Assembly: GCA_001949185.1 (NCBI GenBank)
Contig: BDGG01000014.1
Coordinates: 837,378-901,377 of the forward strand
Direction of reading: 5' to 3'
DNA: 64,000 nucleotides
Source of the DNA: Ramazzottius varieornatus
Taxonomy: Eukaryota > Animalia > Tardigrada
Part shown: positions 1-15,736 of the stretch, piece after piece
Numbering within the stretch: the first letter of the stretch is position 1
Layout: each line of letters opens with the position of its first letter
Notes under the pieces: model-generated
Databases searched by the model: none
The model's input: the letters and a program-made list of their open reading frames with translations, nothing else
Told to the model about the DNA's origin: nothing
Made by a program: the position numbers and the translations under genes

Positions 1-107
1 AGTCATACACCTCCGTTTCGAAGTGTATGCATCTCATCGTGGAAATCCGTATCCAGCCCTTCTGAGGCGTCTCGTGACTTTTGGAATTTTTCTGATCCAT
101 ACAGCAA

Positions 108-3007
<2,900 letters not shown>

Positions 3008-3179
3008 AGCCTCCCAAAACAGGGCAGTACAGACTACGTGTTGAGAGCGAACACATCGATTTTAGCCAAGCCGGATTTTTCGACCGAAATGTAAACGAGG
3101 AATGTGAACAGTAGTGCCATAGGAGACTGCATCTTTAAGAATGTGAGATGGATAGTCCCACTTTACAGGTTCTCTTTTA

Positions 3180-4470
3180 CTACCAAGATTGTTCAGTTGG
3201 TGCGATGATCAGTTCGCGGATGTTTACATGAGGGGGAACTCCCAGGATATACAGGAGGGCGTGCGAAATATCGATAGACTCCAGAGCCTTGATCGGCGGA
3301 AGGGTATCTGCGTGCAGTTCCGTGATGGGAGTTGTGACGAGCCCAGGGCTAAGATTCTGGACGAACAGCGACTTTACTTCTTGACTGCAAATACTGCACT
3401 GACACAGTCATGGAATTTGACGACAACGTACCGTGACGCGAATTTGCGACTTCTGCTGTCGTAGTTCGGCGTTGAGAGCCTTAGTCAAGGCGGTAAGCAT
3501 ATGCTTGGTACCTTCGAAGAAACGGATTGGTGGCGGCGCACCCAATGCGTGGCCCGAGGTACTGTAAAAATTCAAGCACATAGTTCAACACCTGAGCACA
3601 TCGCCTGCCAGCGCACGCACGAGGAGAAACTGTGGCACAGGCGGAAAGGACGGCAAATTGATCAATTCAACCGTAGAAAAGTTTTCGCAAAGTGCCTTAG
3701 TGTGAATCAGACACTTACGTACGTACTTCCGTGCCGTCGCAGCGGACAGGCCTGGCCCATAATTTTTACTGGCTCATAACCTTTCATCGTACGTGTATGT
3801 AGACGGACAGAAAGAAGCCGCTTGACTTTAAATTGGAAAGTAAGAAGCGAAAGGGGTTTACCTGTTGATGTTGACAATATGGCCATCGTCGATGTTGTCC
3901 TTCTTCATCAGACGGAGAGCTTCCCGAGTGCAGATGCAAACGGCCAGGACGTTAAGCTTCAATCAAGCAATTCACTTTTGGGTTCATTTTGAGGGCAGCA
4001 CGTTGACCATTCAGCTGTCACCGAAACTATGAAAGAATGATAAATCATAAATTAATGATCCTACCGTACATCTAGCATTTGTTGCCATTCTGATGTTTTG
4101 CCCTCGCTCAAGGGGTCGAGAAATGCGGTGCCAGCATTGTTCACCAGCACGTCGACGTGGCCGAACTGCTGCTCGATCTGCTTGAACATGGCCAAGATGT
4201 CTTCCTCCTTCACCAAGTCGCACTTGATAGCTGTTAAATCATTGGAGCCTTCCGGTAGTTGCTTTTGTAGTTTCTGTAAGACGATTGGTATACAGCACCG
4301 CACAAGCAACACAAAGTTATGCTCATTAAATCACCAACCTCGATTTCCTCCGCTCGACGAGCGCAAGCCACCACTCTCATTCCATTGCGAGCCAAAGTTT
4401 CCGCCAGACTGTGTCCGATGCCGCCGGATGCGCCAGTCACTAATGCAACTTTTCCTCTCCATCGGTCCAT
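3180..4470 (-). CDS. DHRS11-like: DHRS11-like short-chain dehydrogenase/reductase, 5 exons
   Basis: MDRWRGKVALVTGASGGIG, NNAG, GHIVNINS, LSPGLV..T. Exons reconstructed at about 4470-4339, 4273-4070, 3956-3862, 3561-3432 and 3356-3180. Confidence 0.9.
3614..3795 (-). mobile_element. ~180-bp MITE in an SDR intron (same family as 36960-37136)
   Basis: Reverse complement aligns along its length with 36960-37136 (shared blocks TTATGAG.CAGTAAAAATTATGGG and TTTGCCGTCCTTTCCGCCTGT); TA flank at 3796-3797. Confidence 0.75.
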
Positions 4471-4787
4471 TCTGCAAATGAGATGCAATGCTGTGTCCAA
4501 ATGCGAATGCCGAGGAGACTAGTCAGCTTTCCGAGCTCCTATATGCCTGGTGACTTTCAAGTAGACCCAGCAGCTTCTTCCACTAAGTCGAAAGACAATC
4601 CGAAAGTGCCACTAAAAGTCGAGTGCTGCGGTGCCTTGAACGCCTTCCAGCATCTGCTCAACAAACGAGCTTTTCCAAGCATGGGTATTCCAGCTGCACT
4701 TTAATGTTTGAACCTTCCGGCGATGTAATCTTCTCTTGTCCTTTCAAATCTACAGACAGGTGGCAAGACGGCAGATAATGATCACTA

Positions 4788-5170
4788 AGCTCTGTTTCAT
4801 CTACCGATGGGTGGTACTTTTAGCCTCCTGGCCAACCCATCCAACATTTTTTATGGATTCTTTTACGGCCATAGTTCTTAGTTCGCGAGGCGGGTCAACT
4901 TGGCCGTTTTAGAAGTTAAGATNNNNNNNNNNNNNNNNNNNNNNNNNNNNNNNNNNNNNNNNNNNNNNNNNNGTACATACTGAGGATCAGAGACCCTATC
5001 AGCTGATCTTCCCCGTAGCGGGATGATCGAAAGCTGATCTTAACTTCTAAAACGGCCAAGTTGACCCGCCCCGCGAACTAAGAACTATGGTTGTAAGAGA
5101 ATCTATAAAAAATGTTGGATGGGTTGGCCAGAGGCTAAAAGTACCACCCATCGGTAGGTGAGACAGAGCT
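4788..5170. mobile_element. Foldback/MITE with ~135-bp terminal inverted repeats around the assembly gap
   Basis: 4788-4922 is the reverse complement of 5037-5170, with about 8 differences by eye; TA on both flanks; N gap at 4923-4972. Confidence 0.85.
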
Positions 5171-6502
5171 TAGCATTACTCAGCCCAAACGCGCTAAAGC
5201 AAGGGTCAGAAAAGTTACCCTCAGGGATAGCCGGCTTGCTTGTGGCGGCCCAGCTGTCAGCGATATCGCGTTTCGATCCTTCGACGATCGACTCTTCCTT
5301 TCACTGCACACAGCCGTCGCTATGCGTTCGATTGTTGACCCGCTAAGTAGGGAACGTCAGCTGGATTTGGAACGTCGTGGCACAGCGTGGCTTCACCCTA
5401 CGGATGACTGATAGTTGGGGAGTCGTCTCTGCGAGTTTCAGCACGACAGGAATAGAAGACCGATCATTTGACACAATGTCATGCAAATGTCAGCTTTTGC
5501 TGCAGTGGCTCTGGGCTATTGGCGCACATAGCCCGGAGCGCCATCGGAGTTTGGAAAGCCGTTTAGGGTTTGCAAGGGTTTCAAGGCCAGTGTGCACACT
5601 CGGGTAAAAAACATGCGCTAGCAATCCATACCTTCCAGCATTTCTATTCTTGGTGCTTTTGTACTGTCATCCGCGCAAGAATTGTCTAAACCTAAAATTT
5701 TAGTCAGCGTTGTTATTGTTGCCTATACTTTCTGTCACTTCTTGCCCATCTTTCGAATTTTGACGTATTACGAAAAGCCTGGCCTTCTCATGGATAAGCA
5801 AAAGGTTATTATAACGAGTACCAGAAGCAAGGACCGTAGAAAGTCTGACTGTTAATGGCAGAGACTACAGTGACTACAGTACACCGCTCCCTGCGTTCCA
5901 TCAGTTCAGCCCACCTGCATTCGCGGGACGAATACGACCAAAGTTGCGCTGAATTTGTGACGGACAGTCTTTTGATCTTGTTGACAGTTTTTGCTCCGGA
6001 GAAGGACTCCGTCCACGTACATTTGAATCGCCCGGCGTACGTGTACGAGTACTGACTTGTATGATCGTAAACAAAGATTACGAAAGACTTGCCGCACATG
6101 GGCAATGCGACTGTACCAGCAACAGCTGACGCTTTCGTTATCAGTCGGTGCGCTGCTCATAATTTTGCCAGCAGGTAAGGCTTACATGCATGCACTACGG
6201 CTTATCGGCAATAGCCCTGTATCTTTCGGCACATCGCAAAACTTCATTTATCGCTCGGATGAGTGTCCTCTAATCCAGGACACTAGAAGCCTCCTCCTTC
6301 CTACAGTCACCTGTGCCAGAGTGATTAACCGATTCTATTTCTTCCCGGCAATTCGGCCTCCGCTGGTGATTTGGTCTCCTACGGATAGACGAAGATGGAA
6401 ACTATTTGCAGCGCCGGCATTGGGTTAGCCTCAGCACTCGTTTTCTGTATACCTTATAATTATGTCGTCGTTCATTGTCATCGTAGATCGAAGGCGTTAC
6501 AA

Positions 6503-9223
6503 ATGGAAGATGAAATTACTGCTCTGATGGATGACATGACTTTGGAAGAAAAGCTGGGACAGCTGCAATTACTGGCCAGCAGTCATTATCACGATCTACC
6601 ACCTTCAGAGCAACTGCTGGAGCTTGCGAGACAGGGACTTTTGGGTGCAGTGTTGAATACACGAGGAGCAGCCAATACCAACGCTCTGCAAAAAGCCGCT
6701 TTGTCCTCTCGACAGAAGATCCCCTTGCTGGTTGGTCTGGACGTTCTGCACGGCTACCGGACGTCCTTCCCCATACCACTGGCGCAGGCTGCTAGTTGGG
6801 ATGTGGAAGCAGTGGAGAAGGTTGCCGCCATCGCGGCTGCCGAAGCTCGCGCCAGCGGTATCAACTGGAACTTTGCTCCGCTGGTCGATATCTGTCGTGA
6901 TCCTCGGTGGGGAAGGGTGATGGAAGGATCAGGCGAGGATGTCCACTTGGCCTGCCAAATGGCCAAAGCTAGAGTTCGTGGCTTCCAAGGTGCGGTCAGA
7001 TTTTCATATCGTTTCGCTAATATGCGAAATAAAAGCACCATAAGTTTTACCAGCTTACACTACTTCGTGATTGCAAGAGTCAAGAACGAATACCATGACA
7101 AATTTTTCTAAAAATAAAATTTCCAGTTAGTTTGGTATACTTTTGGATAGTTACACTAAGCACTGATAATAATTTTCTAGTTAAATTTGGTCTGAGGGCA
7201 ACTAATGGCGGTAAATATGACGTCTGCAAGGCAGTTTTCTACGGCAGCTGGGGAAAAAGTCGTCATTGTCTGTCAGAATTCTTTGATGATTGCAGGGACG
7301 GACTACAGTCAAGCGGACAAAGTGATGGCGTGCGCAAAGCACTTTGCCGGTTACGGTGCGGACAAGGGCGGCCGTGATTACAACAGCGTCGACATGAGCG
7401 AACGTCAGCTGCGCGAGGTCTGCTTCCCCCCATTCCAAGCAGCCATCGAAGCGGGTGTCGGCTCGCTGATGGCTGCCTACATGGAGCTCAACGGCGTGCC
7501 AGCCTCCGGCAACCACTGGCTACTGCAGCAAGTCCTCCGTGACGAATGGGCCTTTGACGGACTTGTCGTCAGCGACTTCAAAGCCGTCAGTGATATGACC
7601 AACCAGCAATTCTCCGCTGACGACGCCCAAGCAGCCATGTATGCGCTCAATGCCGGCATGAATATGGAAATGCAGTCTACCACCTTTGCCGACCACGCGC
7701 CGCAACTGTTGCAGGAGGGAAAAGTCAAGATGGAAGTCATCGACAAGGCTGTCCGTCATGTTTTACGGGCCAAATTTCGACTTGGCTTGTTCGAGAAGCC
7801 CTTGACGGATGAAAAGTTGGCCAGCAGTGTGGTGCTGTCGCCAAGCAGTCTTCAGTTCGCACGAGAAATGGCAAGTCGGACCTTGGTCTTGTTGAAGAAT
7901 GACAATGGTCTTCTTCCGTTGAGTAAATCCATCAAGCGTTTGGCTGTGATTGGAGAGCTGGCATATGACCAACAACAGACGCTAGATTTCTGGGCTCTAA
8001 ATGCTCGAGCACAAGATTCCGTCACAATCTATAGCGGCATCGTGGAAAAGTGCCCTTCTACGGCCGTGAAGTACGCGGCGGGCTACGAAATGTTTGGCGA
8101 ATCGACCGAGCGCTTCACGGAGGCACTTCAGTTGGCCACTTCTTCGGACATGGTTGTGCTGGTTGTCGGAGAACCCAAAGAGTATTCCGGAGAAACCAAC
8201 TGCCGGTAAGATCAATTCGTAAGAAAGGAAAGCACAGAAAAAATGATTTCAGCCTTGCTTGATATGGGTGCCTGTTGTTCATTTATAACTGTCGGGACTT
8301 TGGTGCGCATGCCTACATATCTAAGCTCCCTTCCCGTTTGCGCCGTTTTTTCTGGGTGAATTTGTACATGATACAACTCTCTGTTGGACGTTGGGGCCCG
8401 TTGATCATGAAGGTGGCTGTACAGTCATGGAGCGTTTCTTTTCAGAACGGATATCGGACTTCCCGGTCGACAGTTGGAGCTGGTTAAAGGCATTGCAGCT
8501 AGCGGCACACCCTACATTATTGTCCTGATGACTGGTCGACCTTTGGCTCTGGAATGGCTGGCCAGCCACGCACCGGCCATTCTACTGACCTGGCGTGCCG
8601 GCACCATGGGTGGAGCGGCCATCGCCGACGTCCTCTTTGGCGACGTCAACCCAAGCGGCAAACTACCCATCACCTTCCCTCGATGCGTCGGCCAGATTCC
8701 CATTCACTATGATGTCAAGCAGCCCGGTAAACCACAGATCAAAGGACAGAAAATGCAGTTTAATTACTCGCGGTACATTGACTGTCCCAATGAGCCCTTG
8801 TACCCCTTCGGTTTCGGCTTATCTTACACGACGTTCCACTTTGACAATTTGACGGTGACGCCAAAGGAGATAGAAGGGGATGGGCAAGTGAAGATTGGGG
8901 TGGAGGTCAGGAATACGGGACTGAAGGAGGGGGAAGAAGTGGTGCAAGTCTATGTGCGAGATGTGGCGGCTAGTGTGGCCAGACCGGTGCGGCAGCTGAA
9001 GGCCTTCCACAAGGTCAGACTGGGCCTGGCTGAAGAAAAACGGCTGGAGTTTACCTTGGGCTCCAATGAACTGGGCTTCCTCAATAGAGAATGGAAGTGG
9101 ACGGTGGAAGCGGGCAAGTTTGAAGTCTTTGTGGGCAACAACAGCGATGCAGACTTGTCGGATAGTTTTCTTGTCACCAGTACCTATACGAAGAATTCCA
9201 ATGCGCAAGCTGTAAAGCATTAA
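6503..9223 (+). CDS. GH3 beta-glucosidase, bacterial BglX-like, with spliceosomal introns
   Basis: MTLEEKLGQL, DVLHGY, RDPRWGR.MEGSGED, KHF, nucleophile VVSDF, NPSGKLPITFP, PLYPFGFGLSYT and Fn3-like C-terminus. Introns at 6990-7295 and 8206-8445; possible signal-peptide exon near 6105-6175. Confidence 0.92.
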
Positions 9224-9311
9224 TTTTTGTCCGCGCGAGTGCGCTCGACGGGACAAACGGAGCACCATCAACCGCTACGATCCGTCAATTCGACAAGCCA
9301 ACGAGGTTTCT

Positions 9312-9812
9312 TCATTGTATGGAGAAGGCCATGACAACCACATCGACAATGACGTCATCATTCTCCCAGTGTCCCGTCATGTAACCGTCATAACTATTCT
9401 CGTAAAAAGCACCCAGGGAGATATGCATAGCATCACCGCTGTTTTGGCAGACAGAGACGTAAAAGGTGAATTTGAAGGGTTGATTGGAGTTACTGATGAC
9501 TCGCACAAGATGGTCCTCCAGCAGCGTCTTCCAGTACTCCACCTTGCCATTATCGTATTCTTCCCGTTCCACCTCTTTAGCCAGCAGATCAAAAGCCTGC
9601 CGTACCGCTTCGTCAATTTCTTCCGAGGAAAAAGGGACAATCAGCCGTGGTTCGGACTTTTTCTTTTTGAGCCGAGCTTCTGCCCCTTCTCCGTCACCAG
9701 TCGCTTCGCCGCCATCACCCATATTGGGGGCTGTACCAAACTCCCCCTGCGCCTCGCCTTCCGCTGTTGACGCGCCTTGTGCCAAGTCGTTGGCGGACGG
9801 CGCCACAGCCAT
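9312..9812 (-). CDS. Tctex-1 family dynein light chain
   Basis: F..EEI...V...YD......W...L..PFKF...V.V.Q..G......A.Y....DG.....WEND.V...V.V.A pattern; low-complexity N-terminal extension. Confidence 0.8.
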   Translation of the reverse strand: MAVAPSANDLAQGASTAEGEAQGEFGTAPNMGDGGEATGDGEGAEARLKKKKSEPRLIVPFSSEEIDEAVRQAFDLLAKEVEREEYDNGKVEYWKTLLEDHLVRVISNSNQPFKFTFYVSVCQNSGDAMHISLGAFYENSYDGYMTGHWENDDVIVDVVVMAFSIQ

Positions 9813-10173
9813 TGCCCAAATCTGGATAAAGATGTAGTAAAATCAAAACGTACTAGCAAGGTCTTTCTTTTGTCGGGCTGGTGTAAGCAGTGTCAGGGTC
9901 TTGAGACTTGCACACTATTGCTACGATGTTGCGGTAATAGACGCTGTAAGAGTTCTGTACAGACTTTACCCATATATATCAAGCTAACACGGAAAGGTTG
10001 CCATGCAGCTCGCAAATCACGAATCTGATTCTGTTCTATGATACATGGCCCGTTGGACAGCTCGTTCCAAAAGTGTGATGATGACAGGCTACGGTATGGA
10101 TCGTGGACTACTACTGTAAGCACGCAGAGACATAGTAAGTATGGGTAACCAGTTTTCCGCCCCTGGACTAGGC

Positions 10174-10835
10174 TTATTTCTGTTTGGTTTTGGGCCCTTT
10201 CTTGACCAGTGTCGGGTCCCAGCGAAGAGGTGCAAGGGTCGGGTACGGCTCAGGCACACTCTCTTTCGGCACCTCAACCGACACCTTTGGCTTATTGGGG
10301 TCAAGCGGGAAATATTTCTTCCCCAAAGCCGTCACCGTCAGATCCTTCTTTGTCTTCAGCAAGAAGTTGGTCAAAGCCTCGTGCAGCTCAAGCTCAAATA
10401 GAGCTGCTTCCAGTTCCACACCTTGCCCAGCATCCACCTTCGTGTCGCCACACATTGTCGGAATTTTGTTGGACTGCATCATCTCCCATCGGTCCCTCAG
10501 CTCTCCATGTAACTTGCTCTCTTCTTCGCTGATAGCTTTATCCAGCTCTTCGCAGGCTGTTTGGTACTTGACCCTGCGCGTTTCCAGGTCGTCGATGGAG
10601 TGTAACGTCACCGACGGTGCTGACGGAGGAGGAATCAGTGAAGTGTCTTCAAGATGGATTTCCTCCCTGGGGACAGTGCGTACATAATGGTGTAGCTTCT
10701 CCAATATCCTATGCTGGTTGTCTTTAAAGTATTGATTGAAGTATGCGCGACTCAGGCTGGACACTTGTCGTGGACCTTTCTCGTGCAGCATCATTTCCAA
10801 CTGAATAATTTTGCCCAAGTACGTCGGCGAAGTTT
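10174..10835 (-). CDS. Last exon of an unknown, partly coiled-coil protein
   Basis: Open frame of more than 200 codons with charged helical composition; candidate acceptor tttccag near 10836; no family recognised. Confidence 0.5.
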
Positions 10836-11214
10836 CTGGAAATGAACACGGGGAAAAAATTGCGGTAGGTATTTTGCGAACTGATGGGGTTTTATGAAAA
10901 ACTGGACGGAAGGCCTTCTGAATCGTACATTGGTGTGGGATGATTCAGGCATACTTTGAAGGGCCAAGCGTCGCAGTATACGGGCAGCCGCCGGCATCAG
11001 CATGCATACTTCGCACAGCGAACACTGTTGTTCGATCAAGTGATCGAAAAGGCTGAATATGGAGACAATGAAAGCACGGTAGGCCATGGTGTGCTTTTGG
11101 AACTTAGAGTCACCATCCATCGGCCATGGTAAATGGTGCAACCGCGCGAATAACGCCAAGGCTTTCGGCTGATCCTGTAAAAAGGTGTCCGTCCTCAATG
11201 TCTTGAATAAGTGG

Positions 11215-11333
11215 AACGTCGGCAAATGACTTGAGGAGGATCATTTGCCCACATGGCGCACACTACCGGCCAAAAAGAATGGGAACATGCGCCACTTGAG
11301 ACGACGATTCTGTTCAATTCATTTGCCGACGTT
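11215..11333. repeat. 119-bp palindrome containing one fixed-spacer hairpin unit
   Basis: Perfect 15-bp inverted repeat AACGTCGGCAAATGA/TCATTTGCCGACGTT enclosing GATC-N7-CACATGGCGCA-N27-TGCGCCACTTG-N7-GATT. Confidence 0.85.
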
Positions 11334-11347
11334 GCCATTGTAATTCG

Positions 11348-12153
11348 TTGACGACAGTGGCCTACCTCCATATGCCGCAGCCAGAAGGCCTCTTCATCCG
11401 TAATGGTCCGCATCTTGGCAAGATAGTTAATGAAACATCAGGTGACCATTATCCAGGCAAGAGCTCCGCTACTAAGCTTGGCTACCATCGACCTTCCGAT
11501 TCAGTGGGATGGACAAAGGAAGACTTGGCCAAAGTTGCTATGCCGTTGAGAAGGTCAAGTCTAAGTACATATTTTTTTTGGACCCAGAATTAAGCCGATC
11601 AAATGTGACCATCATGGCGGTTCCCTATGGATTGGGCCTGACTGCTGTGAAGTATGCCAGGCACTTTAGACAGATGGCCGCGCTGAATGTGCTCAACCAA
11701 CAATGTTCCGACGAGCCGAGTAGGCCGATGGCCACTGTGGCTCAGATGATCCAACAAAGACCCGAACCAATCTTGTAAGCGACCTTGAACTTCGCCTTCC
11801 TTTGAATGTCAGTGTGTCCCAATCGGCTCTGTTCTTTTGATTTTGGGCCGAATAAATTGACGGCTGTGGAGCAGATCAGTATAACGGTGCAGACAGCGAT
11901 GGGCGATGAGGACGACTGTATTGAATACTTGCCTACTCATCACCTGAGCGCCGCCTCGGCAGGAGGTCTTCGGTTGCGGCACGTCACGGAGGATCTGATC
12001 AAAAGGTCGGCCGAAATGGCCAAACAGCTGCGCTCGTCCAACAGTCTTTCCACTGGTTTGGAAGGGGCCACGGTAAAGTCCAGCGTGATGGCGGTGGTGA
12101 ATGACACCCAACGAATTCTACACAGTATCCGCGACAGCCAGACCGAGTCCTAA
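11348..12153 (+). CDS. Unknown multi-exon gene
   Basis: Three successive + ORFs separated by short plausible GT-AG introns; no motif recognised. Confidence 0.35.
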
Positions 12154-12560
12154 AGCAAAAATGTCGGGTCTACGCCAACAGCGGAGGTATCGGAAAAATG
12201 GCCTGTTGCAATGTTCCAGCCGGTCATGAAAGACCCATTTTACGGCTTGGTAACGTGCGACCACCAGTCAAATGAAACGACGACCGTCTTACTGTCGCAT
12301 TGATATGTTCTGGAATTTACGTCTGCTGGCTAGTCTGAGTGATGTTTAGGGAAAAGCGTTCGATATCAAAAACACTGGTTTGACACGTTATATAAGGGGC
12401 CTTACTTTATTGACCCTGTGAAACTCAAATGAAAATGTCGAAAAGTTGGCAGATGAGTAGTTGTGACCAGCGTTATAATTAGTGGCGGCCCTGATGCGTG
12501 CAGTATATCAGGCTTCGTTCTGATACAATACAAAGAGAACAAAGCAGAATTTGGAGGTTG

Positions 12561-12693
12561 AAATTCGTTTCTTTTACGGTGTTTGATGATGTTCGACGAT
12601 TTGTCCGTGTCCGACAGTGGGTAGGTGAAATTCGTCATTTTACGGTATTTGATGATGTTCGACGATCTGTCCGTGTCCGACAGTGGGTAGGTG
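12561..12693. repeat. Tandem duplication, 2 x ~66 bp, overlapping the GPCR stop codon
   Basis: AAATTCGT..TTTTACGGT.TTTGATGATGTTCGACGAT.TGTCCGTGTCCGACAGTGGGTAGGTG occurs twice. Confidence 0.9.
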
Positions 12694-13857
12694 ATGGATC
12701 GATGGCTCAATGACACGTCTGGAATGGCAGGTAGTCTGCGGCAGGATCCGAGGCCATGGGCTGATGCAATGAGTAAGTCCTTTGCGGAAATCGCTGTTTG
12801 CTAGGCAAATGATCGTCTGAAAAGAACAAGGTGGCCGCGTCATCCCCTCCTGCAGTCTGGCTTGTGGCTGATTAAAAATTAAGCCCCTTTTTACATCTAT
12901 GCATCAGATCTGTGCAAATTCATTGGACAGCGTGACAGTCAACTTCTGTAGGATGGACTTTACCGGAGCAAGGACTGACACTACAGCGATGGATGTCCGC
13001 GACAGAAGGGAAGCCATGGGATGCTGGGCGTAGACTATAGGATACATGGCGCCAACAATGTCCCAGCTTTTCCACAGTACTCCGTCAATCAGTGTGGGCA
13101 TCAGCAATGTATAGGTTAATCTGATTCTCTTTCCTCGTCCGCGAGCAAATATCAAGGAAAGTCCCGTCCTCCGCCTGGGCGGACACAGCGCAGTCCTAGC
13201 CTGTAATCGGTACTGAACACTCATGACGGTGGCAAGCAGGAACAATGCCGAGAGCGTCGAGAAGGCGAAGGTGATGAGAAGGGAAATTATCCTGGGGTCG
13301 TGCTGTCTGACACCACAGCGGCCACCCGGTATCAGCGCGAAACTTCCGCCCACACCAAGCAAGTACGGCACGTTGGTCGGTAAAGTTGCCAGCCAGGTTA
13401 GAGCCATCATCAGAAAGAGGGCTGGTCGACGTGTGGCGCGTGCATATTGGGTCGGACATTTGAGAGCTATGATACGGTGGATGGACAAAGGAGCGGTGAC
13501 GTAGTTGATGCCCGTGCTGATGATAAAGTTGACAAACTGCACTAGTCGGCATATGTCAGTTGGCAGAGCTTGGCCCAAAAGCTGTTTGGCCACCACCATG
13601 TGAATTACGATAGGCGTATTGACAGCCGCGCTGATTAATAACATGGAAAGGTAATTGATAATCAGCAAGTTGGAACCGCTACGACATGCGCCCTGACGGA
13701 GCGTCACCTTTACAATGACACAGATCGCGGTACAGCAGTATAAGACACGGGCTATCGACACGACTGAAGTTATGGCGCTCCAAATGATGACGTCTGTTCT
13801 CGGCAAATCTGATCATGTGGTTAAGGTGGTAGCGTTCAGTGTAGAATTTGGCGGTAT
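12640..13857 (-). pseudogene. Divergent class A GPCR, probably a pseudogene
   Basis: 7TM pattern (SNLLIINY, LSIHRIIA, TM7 LAP spliced to TIICLANSDFRK). The N-glycosylated N-terminus (NSTLNATT) is cut off by an in-frame TGA at 13813-13815, and there is no in-frame ATG nearby (ATA instead). Confidence 0.7.
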
Positions 13858-15736
13858 TCTGACATCTGGGTCAGGATAGAACTGCGAATGGGCATTCTCT
13901 TTGTCCATTTCCAAAACAAGGGCAAGAGATGAAATAAACCAACCCGACGCCAAATGGCGGCAAATCTGTGAAAGCGGCAAATCTGTGAAAGCAGCGAGCT
14001 GTCTGAAAACCGGTGTTCAAAGCACAATGACTGCAAAGCTTCACCAGTGGGCACGCCATGGAGCCATAACCCTGAGGATACCAGCCTTGCATGTGATATG
14101 TATCTACGAAGCTAAAATCCAGATGGCCGGCGTGAAAGCATCGTTTGAAATTATTTACGGATGCCGTTTACGTGGCTCGTGAGAGGTCCGCGACATTGCT
14201 CACATTGAAGGTTTTCCTCATTCGGAACGAAGGCCACATCCACTTGAAGCCGCAATCGTCATCTTGGCAAGCGCCTCATCAGATTAACTCGCAGGTAAAA
14301 AGCCACCCAGAAGGCAAAAGAGGTACAACCAGGGAAAGGAAGTTTGGGCCTGACGGAAAAGATGGCAAACGCAAAATTCTACCACATAAAATTGCCAAGA
14401 AGTGCATTGGTGTGGATTGCACACGTACGTACAAACTTCCGTTCCGCTGTTTCGGAATCTTCTGGTCCCAACTCTTCACTGGGCCAAACTTTCCCTTTGC
14501 GCGTGTAGGAGAACTGTATGTCTGATATGGTCTAGACGAACTGGCGGCATGGACTCTTGAAGGTGGGGCAATTGAAAAGGGTGGTAAGCAAGCTTAAAAG
14601 CTTAGGTGCTGAAGAGCATTCTGCTCAATTATTACAATACATGAAATATTAACAACATGTACGTATTTTTAACAACTGGCGGCAGGCACCAGCATTACAA
14701 CAGAATTTTCTAAAAGTGGAGGTGTGACAAGTTGGAGAACGTATGGCGGGAAAATAGCAGTTTTCTCTTGCTTCTGTTTATCCGAAAGCTAATTCAAATC
14801 AAGTGTTTTCGATAAAACTCGTTCCATAATATCAAATGTACAGATAGATATAAAATGACCATTTACTGAGATGTTGACGAGTTCACCTTGTAAAAGCCAT
14901 AATGCGCTACTGCAGCCTCCCCGGGTCATACTCATAAATGCCCAGCGCGCTCATAGTGCATATGTGGCATGGGTGAAGGGGATGTGCTGGCTTTCCAGAA
15001 AAAGGGGGTATGAGCCACGACTAGGGCAAATGTCCTTCTTACGTATTGTGTTAGAGGTGGCAATCGTCACAGCGTGTCTTTGAGGAGAGCAAAGGGTACT
15101 GGTGGTACTTGGGGAAGCTAGTGAAGCGGATATGGTGGCCAATGCTGGTAGCGGGTAAGCTGGCTCGCTTCATGGCCAAGGTGCGAATCCTCTGCATCTA
15201 GGTCCATAAACAGAAGAGATGATATTAACAGCCTACGCAGGGTGGAGTTAAAGCTCTCTGCACCAGGCGCGCTTGCAGCGGAGAGGGATTTGAGCCGTGA
15301 CAAGGATCGACAGCTGGAATTAGCTGATTAGCAGCCATTACGCACTGGCGAGTAAGACAGCGCTACATGGGGATTGACGGGCCAACATGCTGCGACATCG
15401 AGCACAGGGCAGCCTGTCAGAGACGATCACATTACCATCAGCTGGGACATGTGCTCTGGCCTAATCGACACTGCGGCTTTGGGTATCCCTTACAATGAAG
15501 GAACAATTGACACAAGGCGGGTATAGTGTTTTTGACGAGACCACGCTCTAAACTGGGAAGACAGATCATCAAACATGGCCTTGGTCTTGTGACCCATCAC
15601 AAGATTTGACACGTCCTTCTTGCACGCTATCACAATAGTAGTCGATGATCAACATGATGGCAAAATAAAAATCAATAAATTATTAACAGTAAACCAAAAG
15701 GAAACAACGGTGTAATGAATACTCGAAAGAAAATCA

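Noticed and set aside
6503-9223. Bacterial contamination
   Set aside because: Spliceosomal introns and contiguity with metazoan genes
13813-13815. GPCR in-frame TGA as a recoded codon
   Set aside because: No in-frame upstream ATG and no SECIS noticed; pseudogenisation is the simpler explanation
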